A DNA stretch of 64,000 nucleotides from Epiperipatus broadwayi (Eukaryota; Animalia; Onychophora). The stretch is from assembly GCA_028023455.1 (NCBI GenBank), contig JAQFVV010000010.1, positions 2,914,001 through 2,978,000 on the forward strand. Reading direction: 5' to 3'. Under the pieces are notes generated by a model. That model searched no databases and was not told the DNA's origin. It saw nothing but the letters and a program-made list of their open reading frames with translations. The position numbers and the translations under genes are program-made. Below are positions 52,836 through 64,000 of this stretch, piece by piece; position 1 is the first letter of the stretch, and each line of letters begins with the position of its first letter.

Positions 52836-54199
52836 ATATTCACAAAAGAGGATAAAATTTATATAAAAATAAATTCATAAATAAGTTCTTATTCCACCAG
52901 ATGTTATTTTTCAAAAAATAAATTACAAAAAAAAAAGTTTGAAAATAAAAATTTGATAATTATTGATTATGATCTTGGGACAGGAATGAGAGCTGAATGA
53001 TTGCCAATGTTAATGCTATCCTCTTTATGTTTGAGAGTTACAGATATAAAAAGAAAATTTCTATCTAGTGATACTTTGGAATTGTTATGGCTATCAATAA
53101 AAAAAAAAAAATTAAACTTTTTACTATGTCTTAGCTCACTAATCCCCAGAGCAAGATTAACAATTTAGTACAGAATCTAATTTTCAAGGACACAAAGAAC
53201 ACTCAACTCAGACTTCAATTTTATACAATTTAATATATACATATTAAAATATACAAGTACAATATATATAGATACATGAATCAAAAATTCTACTTTAATA
53301 TAACCCAATCACAGCTAATTAGAGATAAATCTTTTCACTTACTAAGTCTATTCACTAATAATAATAATGGCAGTACTTATACCTTTATTATTGTCGCTGT
53401 CCTTTAAGCCTGGCAGCTCATAAAGCATTTAAAATAAGATCTGGGTGATTTGTTACGGCCTTGGTCGGCTTATTGACCTGTAGGAGCAGAGATCCTGGGA
53501 ATAAGATACCCCCTCCCCACTGGTTTCTTCTGCTGCTTCATGCTTGTTTCCAAAATTTGCCTCTAAAATGACAAAGAAGAGCACATGTTCGTCGCCCCAG
53601 TTTTTATACTTTCCATCCTTTTGTTTTCTGGAAAGCCAATGGATAAAATCTGGGTGGTGGGTGTGCTATCAGTTTAATCTTGCTTTTATAAATTTAATTA
53701 GTATTTTAACCTTTCCTCCATTATCTGATATTTATTTTTTCCATCTGATGATAATTTCTGTTACACAATACATTTTAATTAAATATTTTTTATTACAGTA
53801 ATTCAAATAATCTTATTCTGGCTATTTATTATCTAATTTATTTATTTCCTCTCTGTTTACTTTTTTTTACCCTGCTTATCTTAATAAAAGGATATATGAG
53901 TCCCAAGGGAAATTAATGAATCAATCCAAATTATTGTGCTAGACGAATTGGCAGAAAACACTGACAATATTCAAACAAAAATGATACTCAATCATTAATC
54001 AGTCACATAAGAAATTACAAGGTTTTGGTCTAATTGGTTTCTGGCATTACATTCAATTTCAGAGTAGTACCATAGATGTTACTAGAGAGTTTCTTCATTC
54101 CAAAAGCTTTGAAACTGGATAATGACATACAGAAAGATTTTGATAAAAACTTAATTGATAGTTTGTAACTCCTTTTTTTACTATCAAACTAACTGGCTC

Positions 54200-54400
54200 A
54201 AATCTCTATAGTTATACAAGAAAGTAGATTTAGCTTCAAAATCTTAAGAGTTGTTTGAATTTCAGGCTTTTGGTTTGATAATAAAAAGGAGTTTAAAATG
54301 CCTTCCAGATGCATAACTGCATTGGTTCAAGTTTTGAATTCAAAATCTTCATTGACAAAGGAAAAATCTGGTCTGGGATGGAGATTAAAATGCATTAACA
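54200..54400 (+). repeat. Highly decayed copy of the hammerhead repeat (subfamily 1b-like)
   Basis: cttcattgacaaaggaaaaatctggtctggga, with an upstream block matching 13420-13560. The core is lost. Confidence 0.45.
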
Positions 54401-54772
54401 TCTGGTAATCACTGATTATTCAAGCTTATACTAAATGGTGCAAGAACAGATTAACATACCTAGAAATTATGTAAATAAACATGGAGAGATAACTTTTAAT
54501 TATAGTACATGAAATATTTATCCAGACATCATACTATGCGAAGAAACTAATCAACCATCCTACAGAGTGATAATAAATGAAAGATTATTCTTAAAGTGAA
54601 CAACCTGCAGGATGATTAGCCAGTTTTTACATATAATATCAAAACTGGATAATGAATGTTTTACTCTCTATAAATGGAGCCTATATCACTCTCGATTTGT
54701 TTATACATAGAGAGGAAGAAAAATAACCTGAGAATAAATAAAACAATTGTATTAGTTTTTTTTTAAGGAAAC

Positions 54773-54778
54773 TTTATT
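54773..54778 (-). promoter_or_regulatory. Candidate polyadenylation signal of gephyrin
   Basis: AATAAA on the - strand ~500 nt after the stop. This is weak evidence in AT-rich DNA. Confidence 0.3.
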
Positions 54779-55268
54779 GCAATAATATAATTTTTTAAAA
54801 TATATGTTTCATAATTAGTACAATATTAATTCTTAAAAAAAAAATTACATTTTTTACATGAGTATAGAAATATTATTCATAAAAGGATTCAAAATACAGT
54901 TATTATTGTAATATAATCATAATAATGTTATTATTCCCACACACAATTTTATACAATTTATATTTCTTAAATCAAATAGCATTGCTATTGAGAATAGATA
55001 AACTTACTGTGAATAGTTCTTACTAGATATAACTGATAACTGTTGTATTAAATAATTTCGAAATTAATATCAGTTTCCCTATATAAAATTTTATACTTGA
55101 TTAATTAGTTATATTACAGAATTAATATCAGTTTTATATATCTAATATCGTATTATTAACTTCTCGCCCCGCCCCCCAGCATAATAAAAACAAAGGATTA
55201 ATGTTTATGATTGTTCAGTATTTATCAAAGCTATAAAATTATCATAATTACATTTTTAAAAAAATCTT

Positions 55269-55502
55269 TCAAATCAGTTTTTTAATGATCATTGCATTTA
55301 CTAAATCATCTTTATTCAAGATAGTACATGTTTCACTTCTAGGGGGCAGCATTAGCAAAGCATTTGCATTATTCATGCTAAGCAGTCTGCTGCTGATCTG
55401 ATTACCTGTACTAATAGTTACAGGAATTGTATCATCTGAACTCCAAGATAAAATGGCACGATGAAATTCAGGTCGAGGATCCAGTTGGATAGAATGAGAA
55501 AG
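55269..55502 (-). CDS. GPHN: Gephyrin (MoeA / E-domain C-terminus), terminal coding exon
   Basis: tttatttttcAG acceptor, then LSHSIQLDPRPEFHRAILSWSSDDTIPVTISTGNQISSRLLSMNNANALLMLPPRSETCTILNKDDLVNAMIIKKLI*. This matches gephyrin [20 protein letters not shown]...[24 protein letters not shown]. Upstream exons were not found in the window. Confidence 0.95.
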   Translation of the reverse strand, partial: LSHSIQLDPRPEFHRAILSWSSDDTIPVTISTGNQISSRLLSMNNANALLMLPPRSETCTILNKDDLVNAMIIKKLI

Positions 55503-55579
55503 CTGAAAAATAAATATATTCCATTATTTCTAATAACTAAGAGAAAAGCTTGATTTAAGATCTATATATAATTAAATAT

Positions 55580-55780
55580 GAAAACCGTCAAACATCACAT
55601 GATCGCCATTCTTTATGCTTACACAAACTATTTTTCACAGAGGCAATTTCTCATTTAATAGCACCACTCAGTGCAAGTCAGAGTAATCGATGGATACAGG
55701 GTATTTGATGAGTATGCAATCCATTGGTTACTCTGACTTGTACTGGGTAGCGCTACTGTATGGAGAGTTTGCCTCGGTAA
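55580..55780. repeat. Fold-back fragment of hammerhead repeat family 1 (ribozyme deleted)
   Basis: cactcagtgcaagtcagagtaatcgatggat (55665-55695) is mirrored by atccattggttactctgacttgtactgggt (55719-55748). The flanks match 21960-22060 and 22310-22345. Confidence 0.75.
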
Positions 55781-56529
55781 AATATTTAATAAAAGGCATT
55801 AAATAAAATTACTCTTTTAAAAAAGTAGTCAATATTTAATAGAAATCACTACTTATTTCAAGATTAATTGATGTTTTTAAAACAATTTTTATGTATTCTA
55901 AATAAATTTTATTTAAAAAAAATATTGTATAGAGTTTTAAGCAAAAATCTTTCATAATTTGAAAATTAATCATGATGTATAAGGCTTGTCAGGCTATAAT
56001 GACTATATATTATGGCACTGATTTTCAACTGGAGTGCCATGAGAGTACCATAAGTATACTGTGAAAATTTTTAAAGATCATTAAATAATTTTTGAGAGAC
56101 GTTCCAAAGAATAATGTACATATCAAAATTAAAACTCCTTTAAATTTATTATACAATTGTATCATTATTATAATAAATAAATGTATACATAATATAGTAA
56201 AATATTTATGCACGATGTTAGCTTTATGAAAAATGAAGTATAGTGTAACTTGGTAAGGACTTGTTGATAAACACATATATGTCAAAATCATCTGAAGTGA
56301 ATGAAATCATGTCATAGCAAGGTTGCATGAGCAAATTTTGATTCTGCAAGCCCTCATAGTGCCTGAAATAGTGGGATATATAGTTCATACTGTATGTGTT
56401 GTATAGTTCTGACTAGATTTGGAATAGTAAGGTAGTTAGGCAGAATTATCTTGCAAGTCCTTGTTTTGAAATTTTTCCAAATGTGTTTAATTACACCTAT
56501 ATTTCTTTTTAAAAGATATGACATTAATA

Positions 56530-56975
56530 ATTTTTATTAGATATTCATTAGATTAGAGATTATCCAATAATGGATAATATTTCTATAATATAATCTTCAC
56601 TACATGATTCACACAAGGTAGGGACTGGTTTCTATCCACTTTTAACACCTTATGGAGGAATGTAATCATAAACACATGAAAAAGATCTATTATCCCCAAG
56701 ATGCACATTTCATGAACCAGCACTCATCAGTTGGCTCAGATCACATCCTCTTACACATATCTTTATCATTGTTCAGTATGTATATATAGATAGCAAATTA
56801 CTACAGTTTATTTGATGAGTGTCAAATGTGCCGCCTTCACAACTTTAACACAAATCATTTAATGAAAGTATATTAATAATTTTTATTAGTCATTCAATAA
56901 TGGATAATATTTCTTTAGTGTAATTTTCACTACATGATTCTCTTGCAAGATAGGAACTGGTTTCTCTTCAGAATC
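56530..56975 (-). repeat. Hammerhead repeat family 2, ~350-nt period, 1.3 copies
   Basis: ttttattag...caataatggataatatttct...ttcactacatgattc...actggtttct at ~56532 and ~56882. It is homologous to 62505-63200. Confidence 0.8.
56695..56734 (-). ncRNA. Minimal type I hammerhead ribozyme, family 2
   Basis: CCAA-CUGAUGA-GUG-CUGGUU-CAU-GAAA-UGUGCA-UC^UUGG. The core is intact, stem I is 4 bp, stem II is 3 bp (one G-U), and stem III is the near-palindrome AUGUGCAU. Confidence 0.8.
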
Positions 56976-57269
56976 TTTTTTTTTTCTGATTTAAAAATTT
57001 AATGCTGCGTTTTTCTCATAAAATCTAATAAACTGAGGGAAAAAATTAAATGAAGTTATTTAAATAAAAACACAAATTTTATTATAGAAAAACATGGCAT
57101 ATGCCTCTTGAAAAAGGAAAAAAATGAAGAGAATAACATAATTCATGCATGTGTAGTCCACATGGTTTTCCTATAAATTTGAAATAAAGACAAATTTAAA
57201 AATCATGGCTTGGTTGTCAACTAGAAAAATATATTTGAGATGGTGTTGTTAAGATAATTCAATTATTAT

Positions 57270-57985
57270 TAACAGCTTTTAAACTAAATAATTTGCTTTA
57301 ATGGTCGAATACTTTTTTTTTTTGTTTTGGGTTTCCTTAGAAATAAAAGGTCCTCTTATTTCTAACCCAGGGTGTTATATGAATTTAAATTGGGATATAT
57401 TTTTATAATTACAAGAACTTAAATTTCATCTCTTTATTTATTGTAAATATTATTTCATTTCCCCAAAGAACTATGTTAAGTTAAATATTTTCTTGGATTT
57501 TGATCTAAATGAAGGAATGAGTGGTTATTTCCATGTAATGACTAAAGAAATGTGTTAGCAGTAGTATTGTTAGGTAACTATTAAATACTATAGAGTAGAC
57601 AGTGTATAAGCTAAACAATTTCATCCAATAATCCACAATAAGAAATAAAAGGATGTTCTTTTTTTTCTAACCCAAGATGTTATATGAATTTAAATCCAGA
57701 CATGTTTGTAAAAATATGAGAACTTAGAATTTTATTTTCGCGTAAGCATTACTCTAGTTATTATATGAAAATATTTAAAATAACATATATAGATCACTGA
57801 GGGAGATAAAATAATAATTACAGGATATAAGGAAGATATATATTTAAATCCAAATAATATAATATCTTGAGTTAATAGCAAAAGAGGACCTTTTATTTCT
57901 AAGTAAACCCAAAACAAACAACAACAAAAAAAAAACTACTACGGTCTATTGCAGCAAATTGTTTAGTTTAAAAGCTATAAATAGA
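57270..57985. mobile_element. Fold-back/MITE element with ~130-bp TIRs and an internal direct repeat
   Basis: agcttttaaactaaataatttgc...ttagaaataaaaggtcctctt is mirrored at 57850-57985. The internal block aagaaataaaagg...ctaaccca.g.tgttatatgaatttaaat is repeated at ~57640. Confidence 0.7.
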
Positions 57986-58199
57986 ATTTGTATTCCTTAC
58001 TCCAAACACTTTATAGAAATTTTTTATTATTATACATATATGCATACACAACTTGACATTTTGACTGTCCTGCAGTCTTCCACTGAGCTATGATATGATA
58101 AATAAAATAAATTTATAAATAATATAATAAACAAATGTAATTAAAAATAATAAATATAAAATATAATAAAAGTAAAATAATGTGATAAATTAAAACCAA

Positions 58200-59460
58200 T
58201 AAAATAAATATAGCCTATATCCTGTTTTATATGTACTCACAAACCATTAATTTAAATATATTATCTCATTATTTTGTTGATACTCTCTAATTATTACTAT
58301 TCTTTATAAATTAAATCAATATAAAATTGTAATTTTATTATTCCCAAATAAATAAAATATTTATGATTTTATCTTTATATATTTCTTTGTTCAACACTGA
58401 TCCATTTACGAAAAATATTTTATTTTTAAGTCACATAATATCTACGATTCTCTTTAATTTTTCTTTATATTTACCTTCATTTTACAACTATAATTCATAA
58501 ATATTATAAACATTTTTTAATCTATCTAATAATATTTCATTTCCATAAAAATTTCCAAAAATAACATTTTTTTTGTATTTCAAATTTAAATATATCCTAG
58601 CTCCTCTAATATATGATTTAAATTAATTATATCTGTAATATCACTGTAACCTTTATTCATATGTTTTTGTACTTTTATTTCTACATTTTTATATATTTTA
58701 ACTTATTAATTCATATCATTTATAATCTATTAACTATTGAACTATTAGTATTTAATAAATTGCTAAATTATATAACTTTTCCTTAAAATATATTTTATAT
58801 TATACTATTTTAATATTATGCTAAATTTTTTATCTTAAAAATACATATCTGTAAATATTCACATAAAAAATTTCTACAAATCCATACATACTTATGTTAT
58901 TTTATGTTTACATATTTCTCTTTATATATATCTTTTTTAATAACTTCATCATAATGCCAGAATTTATTCAATTGTTTCGTTTTTTATATTAATATTGCTT
59001 CTTTCATTTTTCTTTCTTTAACATTGTCAGTACATATCATTTTTATTGAACTTTTTTATAAATTTGTGTTCTGTTTATTTCATATGTATAGATAGATATT
59101 GGTGATATATTATCTAATATGTTTTAATTTTGTTTTTATAGAATTTTTAGTTTCTCCCACATATTTATTTTCAATCCTATTATCTAAGTATTATTTACAC
59201 TATTATATATACTGCATTAGTTATTTCTTTATCATTTTTATATTCTATATATTTATTATCCAGTAAGTTTAGCATACTTTTTTCCTTTTTTATTTTTATA
59301 TTAATTAGTCTTTTATATTTTTTTTATTAAGTTTATTTATATTTTTATTACATTTATTCACTACAATATATGTTTTTATTCCTATATATCTGTTTTTACT
59401 TTCCTTCATTCTTTTCAGTTCCATTTATCTTATACTATGAAGAAATATATTAATGACATT
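58200..59460 (-). pseudogene. Penelope-like remnant (GIY-YIG end)
   Basis: NAVY...ENKYVGETKNSIKTKL and TDNVKERKMKEAILI (~58960-59230), typical of PLE endonuclease C-termini. Confidence 0.65.
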
Positions 59461-59989
59461 TGTGTAGTTAAAAAGTTGTCAATACTAATTCATAGTTACC
59501 TAACAAGACTAAAAGATTTCTCTAGTCATGGAAAGATTTCCAGGCACTATCTAGTCAAAACTGGCTAGATTACCAACAAACTAAAGTTTTAAAAATGCTT
59601 CTAGTGCTCATTTACTTGGCTATCACAAAGATCAAGAATCCAACTTAAATTAGACTTTTAGACCAAGTGTAGTTGAAATGCACACACATAATTAACTCTA
59701 AAGTAACTTAATAATATTAAATGGTAATTAAATGTTATATGGTGAGATATGGATCAAGAAAACAGACAAAATTAACAAATTAAAAATAATGTTTATTTAT
59801 ACACAAAAAACATTAACACAATAATCAAAATAAAAGTAAATTGAATCATAATAATTATAGAATTTTTTGCTAGGGATTAGTTCATTATCTAAATAGGGAC
59901 AAAACCCAATTATTTTTAATTTATAAGATTTAAAAAAGAAAAATTTGTCTAGACTTTGAATTTATCATTATCTTTACATATATCTAGGT

Positions 59990-60430
59990 TTTTGTTCTAG
60001 CATTGTTTCTGGAGTGCACTCCTATCCTCTTGAACATGATGAAGTTCATTAACAGATGTTTCTAGCTTCTTTTGACATCTGGCTGCTTCTCTTTTCCAGA
60101 GCAGCACATCTTGGGTCTCATTTAGCAGTAACTTTCTATAGTTACAAGTAGGTATCTCAGTAATTGAAGTCAAAGATATTTACTACATGTCAGGCAATCA
60201 AAGGTAGAAGAAACTGGGTGGTGAACATCAAATGAATACCCGTCTGTGGCTTAGCAGTGCAGTAAGATGTACATGTACAAAGCTATACATTTCCGATTGA
60301 TATACTGTAAACTTTGTAAGGCACAACAGCAGTAGAGAGAGTATAGCACATGACTGAACTGACAGTAAATTGGGTGATAGATTCTTAATGGAAATCTTAA
60401 TAGAATTGTAGATTCTACTCAGCAAAATTC
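59990..60430 (-). pseudogene. Possible Gypsy integrase core/C-terminal remnant
   Basis: AILSLLLLCLTKFTVYQSEMYSFVHV resembles W..LP.LL.AYR...H.ST..SPF.L. It contains many stops. Confidence 0.35.
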
Positions 60431-61479
60431 ATCAGAATAATAATACAATAGAAAATTTGTATCTTTTATACCTTTGCTACCCATTGTCTGAGATTACCCA
60501 CATTATTGATTAGTTTTTCAAATTCTTTTGGTTAATGTTAATCTTCTCTTTCTTGGTTACACATTGATTAAACTTATTATCTAATCAGTTGAAAATATTA
60601 ATTTCTAATAAACAATTCCTTCTGATCAAATAATTTATAAAATATTTGATATTTAATTACATCTCTAATTAAATAGTTTCAATAATTGTTTGTATGATCA
60701 AATTATTTTGCTAAGTAGCTTTATAGTTACTTTTAAATATTTAAAGTTATAATTTATTTTCTTTGGTTTCATAATTCATTACAATTTCCTTTTTTAGTTA
60801 AAAGAGCAGATAAATTTTCTTTTAAAATATTAAATCTAAAAATTCCTACACTTCAATAGGTTCTAATCATACTTTATTTAAAGAAAAAAAATATTTCTAC
60901 TTTTATCTAGTTAACTAACAGTCTCTTTATTTTTATTTAAAATAATAAAAATATATATATATATATTTTTTGTGAATACTATTTTTAATCATTTTATGTA
61001 ACATATACGTGTAAGTGCCACAATAGTGTCTTAAATAGTTGTGTTATCAAAAAATTCTTTCACATTTTAAAATAAATTATAACAATTCTTTATACTTAGA
61101 AATCTGACTATTAATGAAATGTGAGGCATGGAAACTAGCACCTAGAACAGCTGATGAGAATTATATATCACTATCTCATTTTAACTTTTCAATAGGTGCC
61201 TAAAATACAGTCTTAGTAGTCTTAATTTATGTTGTTAATTCATATTCTATTTCAAGAGTTTATTCTAGCTTTGAATGTATTATTGACTAATATTTAAGAA
61301 TTTGCATAAACTACATAATAAAATTAATATTGATTTCATTTATTATTTTTATTCAAACAATATACACAAAGAGATAGGCAAATGCTTTAATAATAAAAAA
61401 CACATATAATACTTTTTATATATTTTTAAATATAAAAGTGCCACAGTTATTCCATAATTAGAAACATAATACTTTTCAT

Positions 61480-61591
61480 GTCAGCATTGATAGCCGAGAG
61501 GTCAGCACAGCTGCCTTGCAAGCAAGCAGTTGTTTGCAGATGGTTGTTGTGGGTTCGTCTCCCGGCCGATGCTATGACATATGGAAAAAAA
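61480..61591 (+). mobile_element. tRNA-derived mini-SINE, copy 2
   Basis: A box TAGCCGAGAGG, B box GGTTCGTCTCCC, 3' CCGATGC complementary to 5' GCATTG, and an A tail. 14-bp TSD ataatacttttcat at 61466-61479 and 61592-61605. Confidence 0.85.
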
Positions 61592-62504
61592 ATAATACTT
61601 TTCATACATTTTTGAATGTCAAGAAATGCAGAAAATATTTTAAAATTGTATTTATAAAAAGTAAATTATATATTAGTCCTATATACTATCAAATGCTGAA
61701 ATACTTTTTGCAACTAAATACAATAATAAATTCCACATTATAATCCTTTTGACTGGTTTCATTTAAAAACTAAAAATGTAAAGTTTCAAAATATTTTTTA
61801 CCTATCTTTAAAGTATTTATAAGATAAAATTTTATAATATTGGTATATACTATATTACTATAGATTATTAATGTAAAAATTTAGGAAAAATGATATTGAA
61901 AACCAATATTGACTCAGAAATCATGCAGAACTTTGGGAGCCATAATTTTCCCACCTTATACAAAGTTCATAATAGATACCAAATAATTAAAATTGTAATT
62001 GTTTAAATACCCATAATTCTGTTTTTATATGGTAGATATGTTTCTGAAAAATTCACTTAAAAAATATGCAGTGCTATGGAAAAATGGGAGATTGATCCAT
62101 ACCTTAGAATGTATTCAAATTATATAAAAATCTTAATTTGCTTTTATGCACTTACATGCAATTTTTATTTAATAAAGTCATACATACATAAAATAAATTA
62201 ACATTTATTGAAATAAAAAATTGTTTTTATGGATTTGAACAATTTAATTATGAAAATATTAAATTTCAAATAAAATAAGTATAAATAATATTTTATTATT
62301 TCTTTATTTATCCTTTTTTTCTGTTTCACTTCTTTTTTGCAATTATCATCAGTTGATTAAATTTTTTTAAGAATTCAAATAAACAATTTTTAATGTTTGC
62401 AGCAACTGAAAAATTTTAATAAGAAATAAAAAAAATTAAACACTAGAGACAAATTCAAATTGTATAAATTTTCTTTTAAATTACAATAAATCTTATAGAA
62501 AAAT

Positions 62505-63200
62505 AAGTAGGAATATGAATATTTCTGTAGTGTAATTTTCACTATATCGTTCTCGTGCAAGGTAAAGGACTGGATTCTATTCACTTGTAACATCTTTTGG
62601 AGAGGTATAATCATAAACATATGACAAAGAGCAAAACCCCCCATACAGTATTCCCCCCTTTTTTAAAAAAAGAAAACAAAGGGGACCAAAGGGGGTTTGT
62701 AAAAAACCCCTTTCTAATCCCTCCTCCTCCAATACCCCCAAACTGGTTTTTGGCTTGGGGTTTTTGCCTTGGGGGGGATTTGGATTTGAGAGCACTCTTT
62801 CTATATTTTTGGATCTTATAAAACCCTTTCAAACAACCCTTTTTTCTCTTTAATAATTAAAAATAAAAAAAAATAAAATTAAAAAAAAAAAAAATATTTT
62901 TTTTTAATTATTTTTTTTTTTTGGGGGGGGGGTATTCTGTAGGGATGGTTTTGTTTTTTTATTAAAAATTAATTTGTTAGATCAGGTATAATCATAAACA
63001 TATGACAAAGACATGTAAAAAAGATATATGATCCCCAAGATGCACATTTCAAGCTGAACTAGCACACCCCTCCACAAGATGTTAAAAGTGGATAGAATCC
63101 AGTCTATGTATGAGAATGTTGTAGTGAAAATTACACTACAGAAATATTCATTAAGTGGATAATCTCTAGTCTAATGTATGACTAATAAAAATTATTAATA
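62505..63200. repeat. Inverted pair of family 2 repeats, interrupted by a family 1 insertion
   Basis: 62516-62600 is mirrored by 63070-63150. A truncated hammerhead half (minus strand GAAAUGUGCAUC^UUGGGGA) lies at ~63032-63051. Confidence 0.8.
62631..62983 (-). repeat. Homopolymer-distorted copy of family 1 repeat flanked by a 28-bp direct repeat
   Basis: It aligns colinearly to ~21526-21830 (e.g. ttggatttgagagcactctttctatatttttggatct vs ttggatctgagagcaccgcagctagatcttaggatct). The flank aggtataatcataaacatatgacaaaga occurs at 62603-62630 and 62984-63011. Confidence 0.75.
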
Positions 63201-63719
63201 CATGTAGGAATATTTTTTTCTTAGATTTCAAATTAAATGAATATTTTAAAAAGATTATTTTATTAAACTATAAATAATAAAAATCTTATATAACAATGAT
63301 ATAAATATATATATTATTAATAATTATATATAAAAAGCCTTTTTTGGCATATGATTTCATGCCCTTTTCAAATGTTACATCTATTTTAATGTTAATCAAT
63401 TATGCAGATAGAACACCATATACTATTCTACAATGGAAATAAAATAATGATAAAATAGAATAAAACCTTCATACAGAAATCTAAGATAACTTCAAAGAAA
63501 TGACTATATAACATAATAATTTTCCATTCATTTTTAATTGACCAGTTGTTAACTAAACTTTTTGAAGTTTTATAAATATTCATACAATTATATAAGTTAT
63601 GCTTAATGTAATAAGTTTCATATATAAATTATTTATTAAAATTTATATGAAAGAGCAGCATAATGGATTTTTTTATTAAACCAAATTAAATAAAAACAAA
63701 TGTAAAAAAAGGGTAATAG

Positions 63720-64000
63720 TATGAATACTGAACTCTACCATCTGATGGTGCTGTTTTTCACAAAACGCACTTCAATATACCATTTTAGCGGCCTTAACTT
63801 ATGGCTGACAATCTAATAAGTGTTTTTGAGCCGTAACATGCCGCCTGAGGATGATGTATTCTATGATTACATAACGAAATAATACACCCATTGCATTGCG
63901 ACAGTATTCGTCAAAGTGAGTGCTCTTGAACTCTCGCTACAGTCTGATTTGATGGTGGCCGTATCTAAAAGAGACGAAACTGCAAAAATTCATTGTCAGA
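63720..64000. other. CpG-rich segment cut by the window edge, probably the end of a young transposon
   Basis: Abrupt rise in GC and CpG content relative to the flanks. No diagnostic motif is visible. Confidence 0.35.

Noticed and set aside
61138-61195. GAAA-CUAG-CAC-CUAG...CUGAUGA as a permuted hammerhead
   Set aside because: It lacks the U16.1-H17 cleavage site and has no stem I or stem II.
6574-61743. Remaining 60-95 aa ORFs in the track (e.g. 6574, 7871, 13783, 21084, 31400, 42648, 50514, 53544, 56025)
   Set aside because: They are antisense shadows of transposase/RT frames or Phe/Ile/Leu-rich chance ORFs expected at this AT content, with no splice or homology support.
62577-62832. Three overlapping 72-74 aa ORFs
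   Set aside because: They are by-products of the homopolymer-distorted repeat copy (Pro/Gly/Lys/Phe runs), not genes.

Overview
Very AT-rich (roughly 25% GC by eye) animal genomic DNA, with no sign of prokaryotic origin and no CRISPR array. Two spliced host genes converge. On the + strand, three phase-compatible exons (2827-2898, 20766-20869, 39749-40375) encode a Ser/Asn/Pro-rich C-terminal region ending in ...IWYEYGCV*. On the - strand lies the terminal exon of gephyrin/MoeA (55269-55502), which the ORF track missed because it has no ATG. The introns and intergenic DNA are filled with transposon remains: at least four Penelope-like (RT + GIY-YIG) fragments, two old Gypsy elements, a young non-autonomous LTR element with 1.4-kb LTRs plus a related solo LTR, hAT, mariner, Tigger/pogo, an RTE LINE, an Ingi/I-type LINE, MITEs and two copies of a ~100-nt tRNA-like SINE. 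The most notable system is a set of ~350-500-nt repeats carrying minimal hammerhead ribozyme motifs (CUGAUGA...GAAA, palindromic stem III), in two families. They occur in tandem and in head-to-head palindromes, notably a 1.3-kb inverted array at 21520-22860, and resemble Penelope pLTRs or non-LTR retrozymes. All coordinates, alignments and counts were made by eye, so the boundaries of old elements are approximate.
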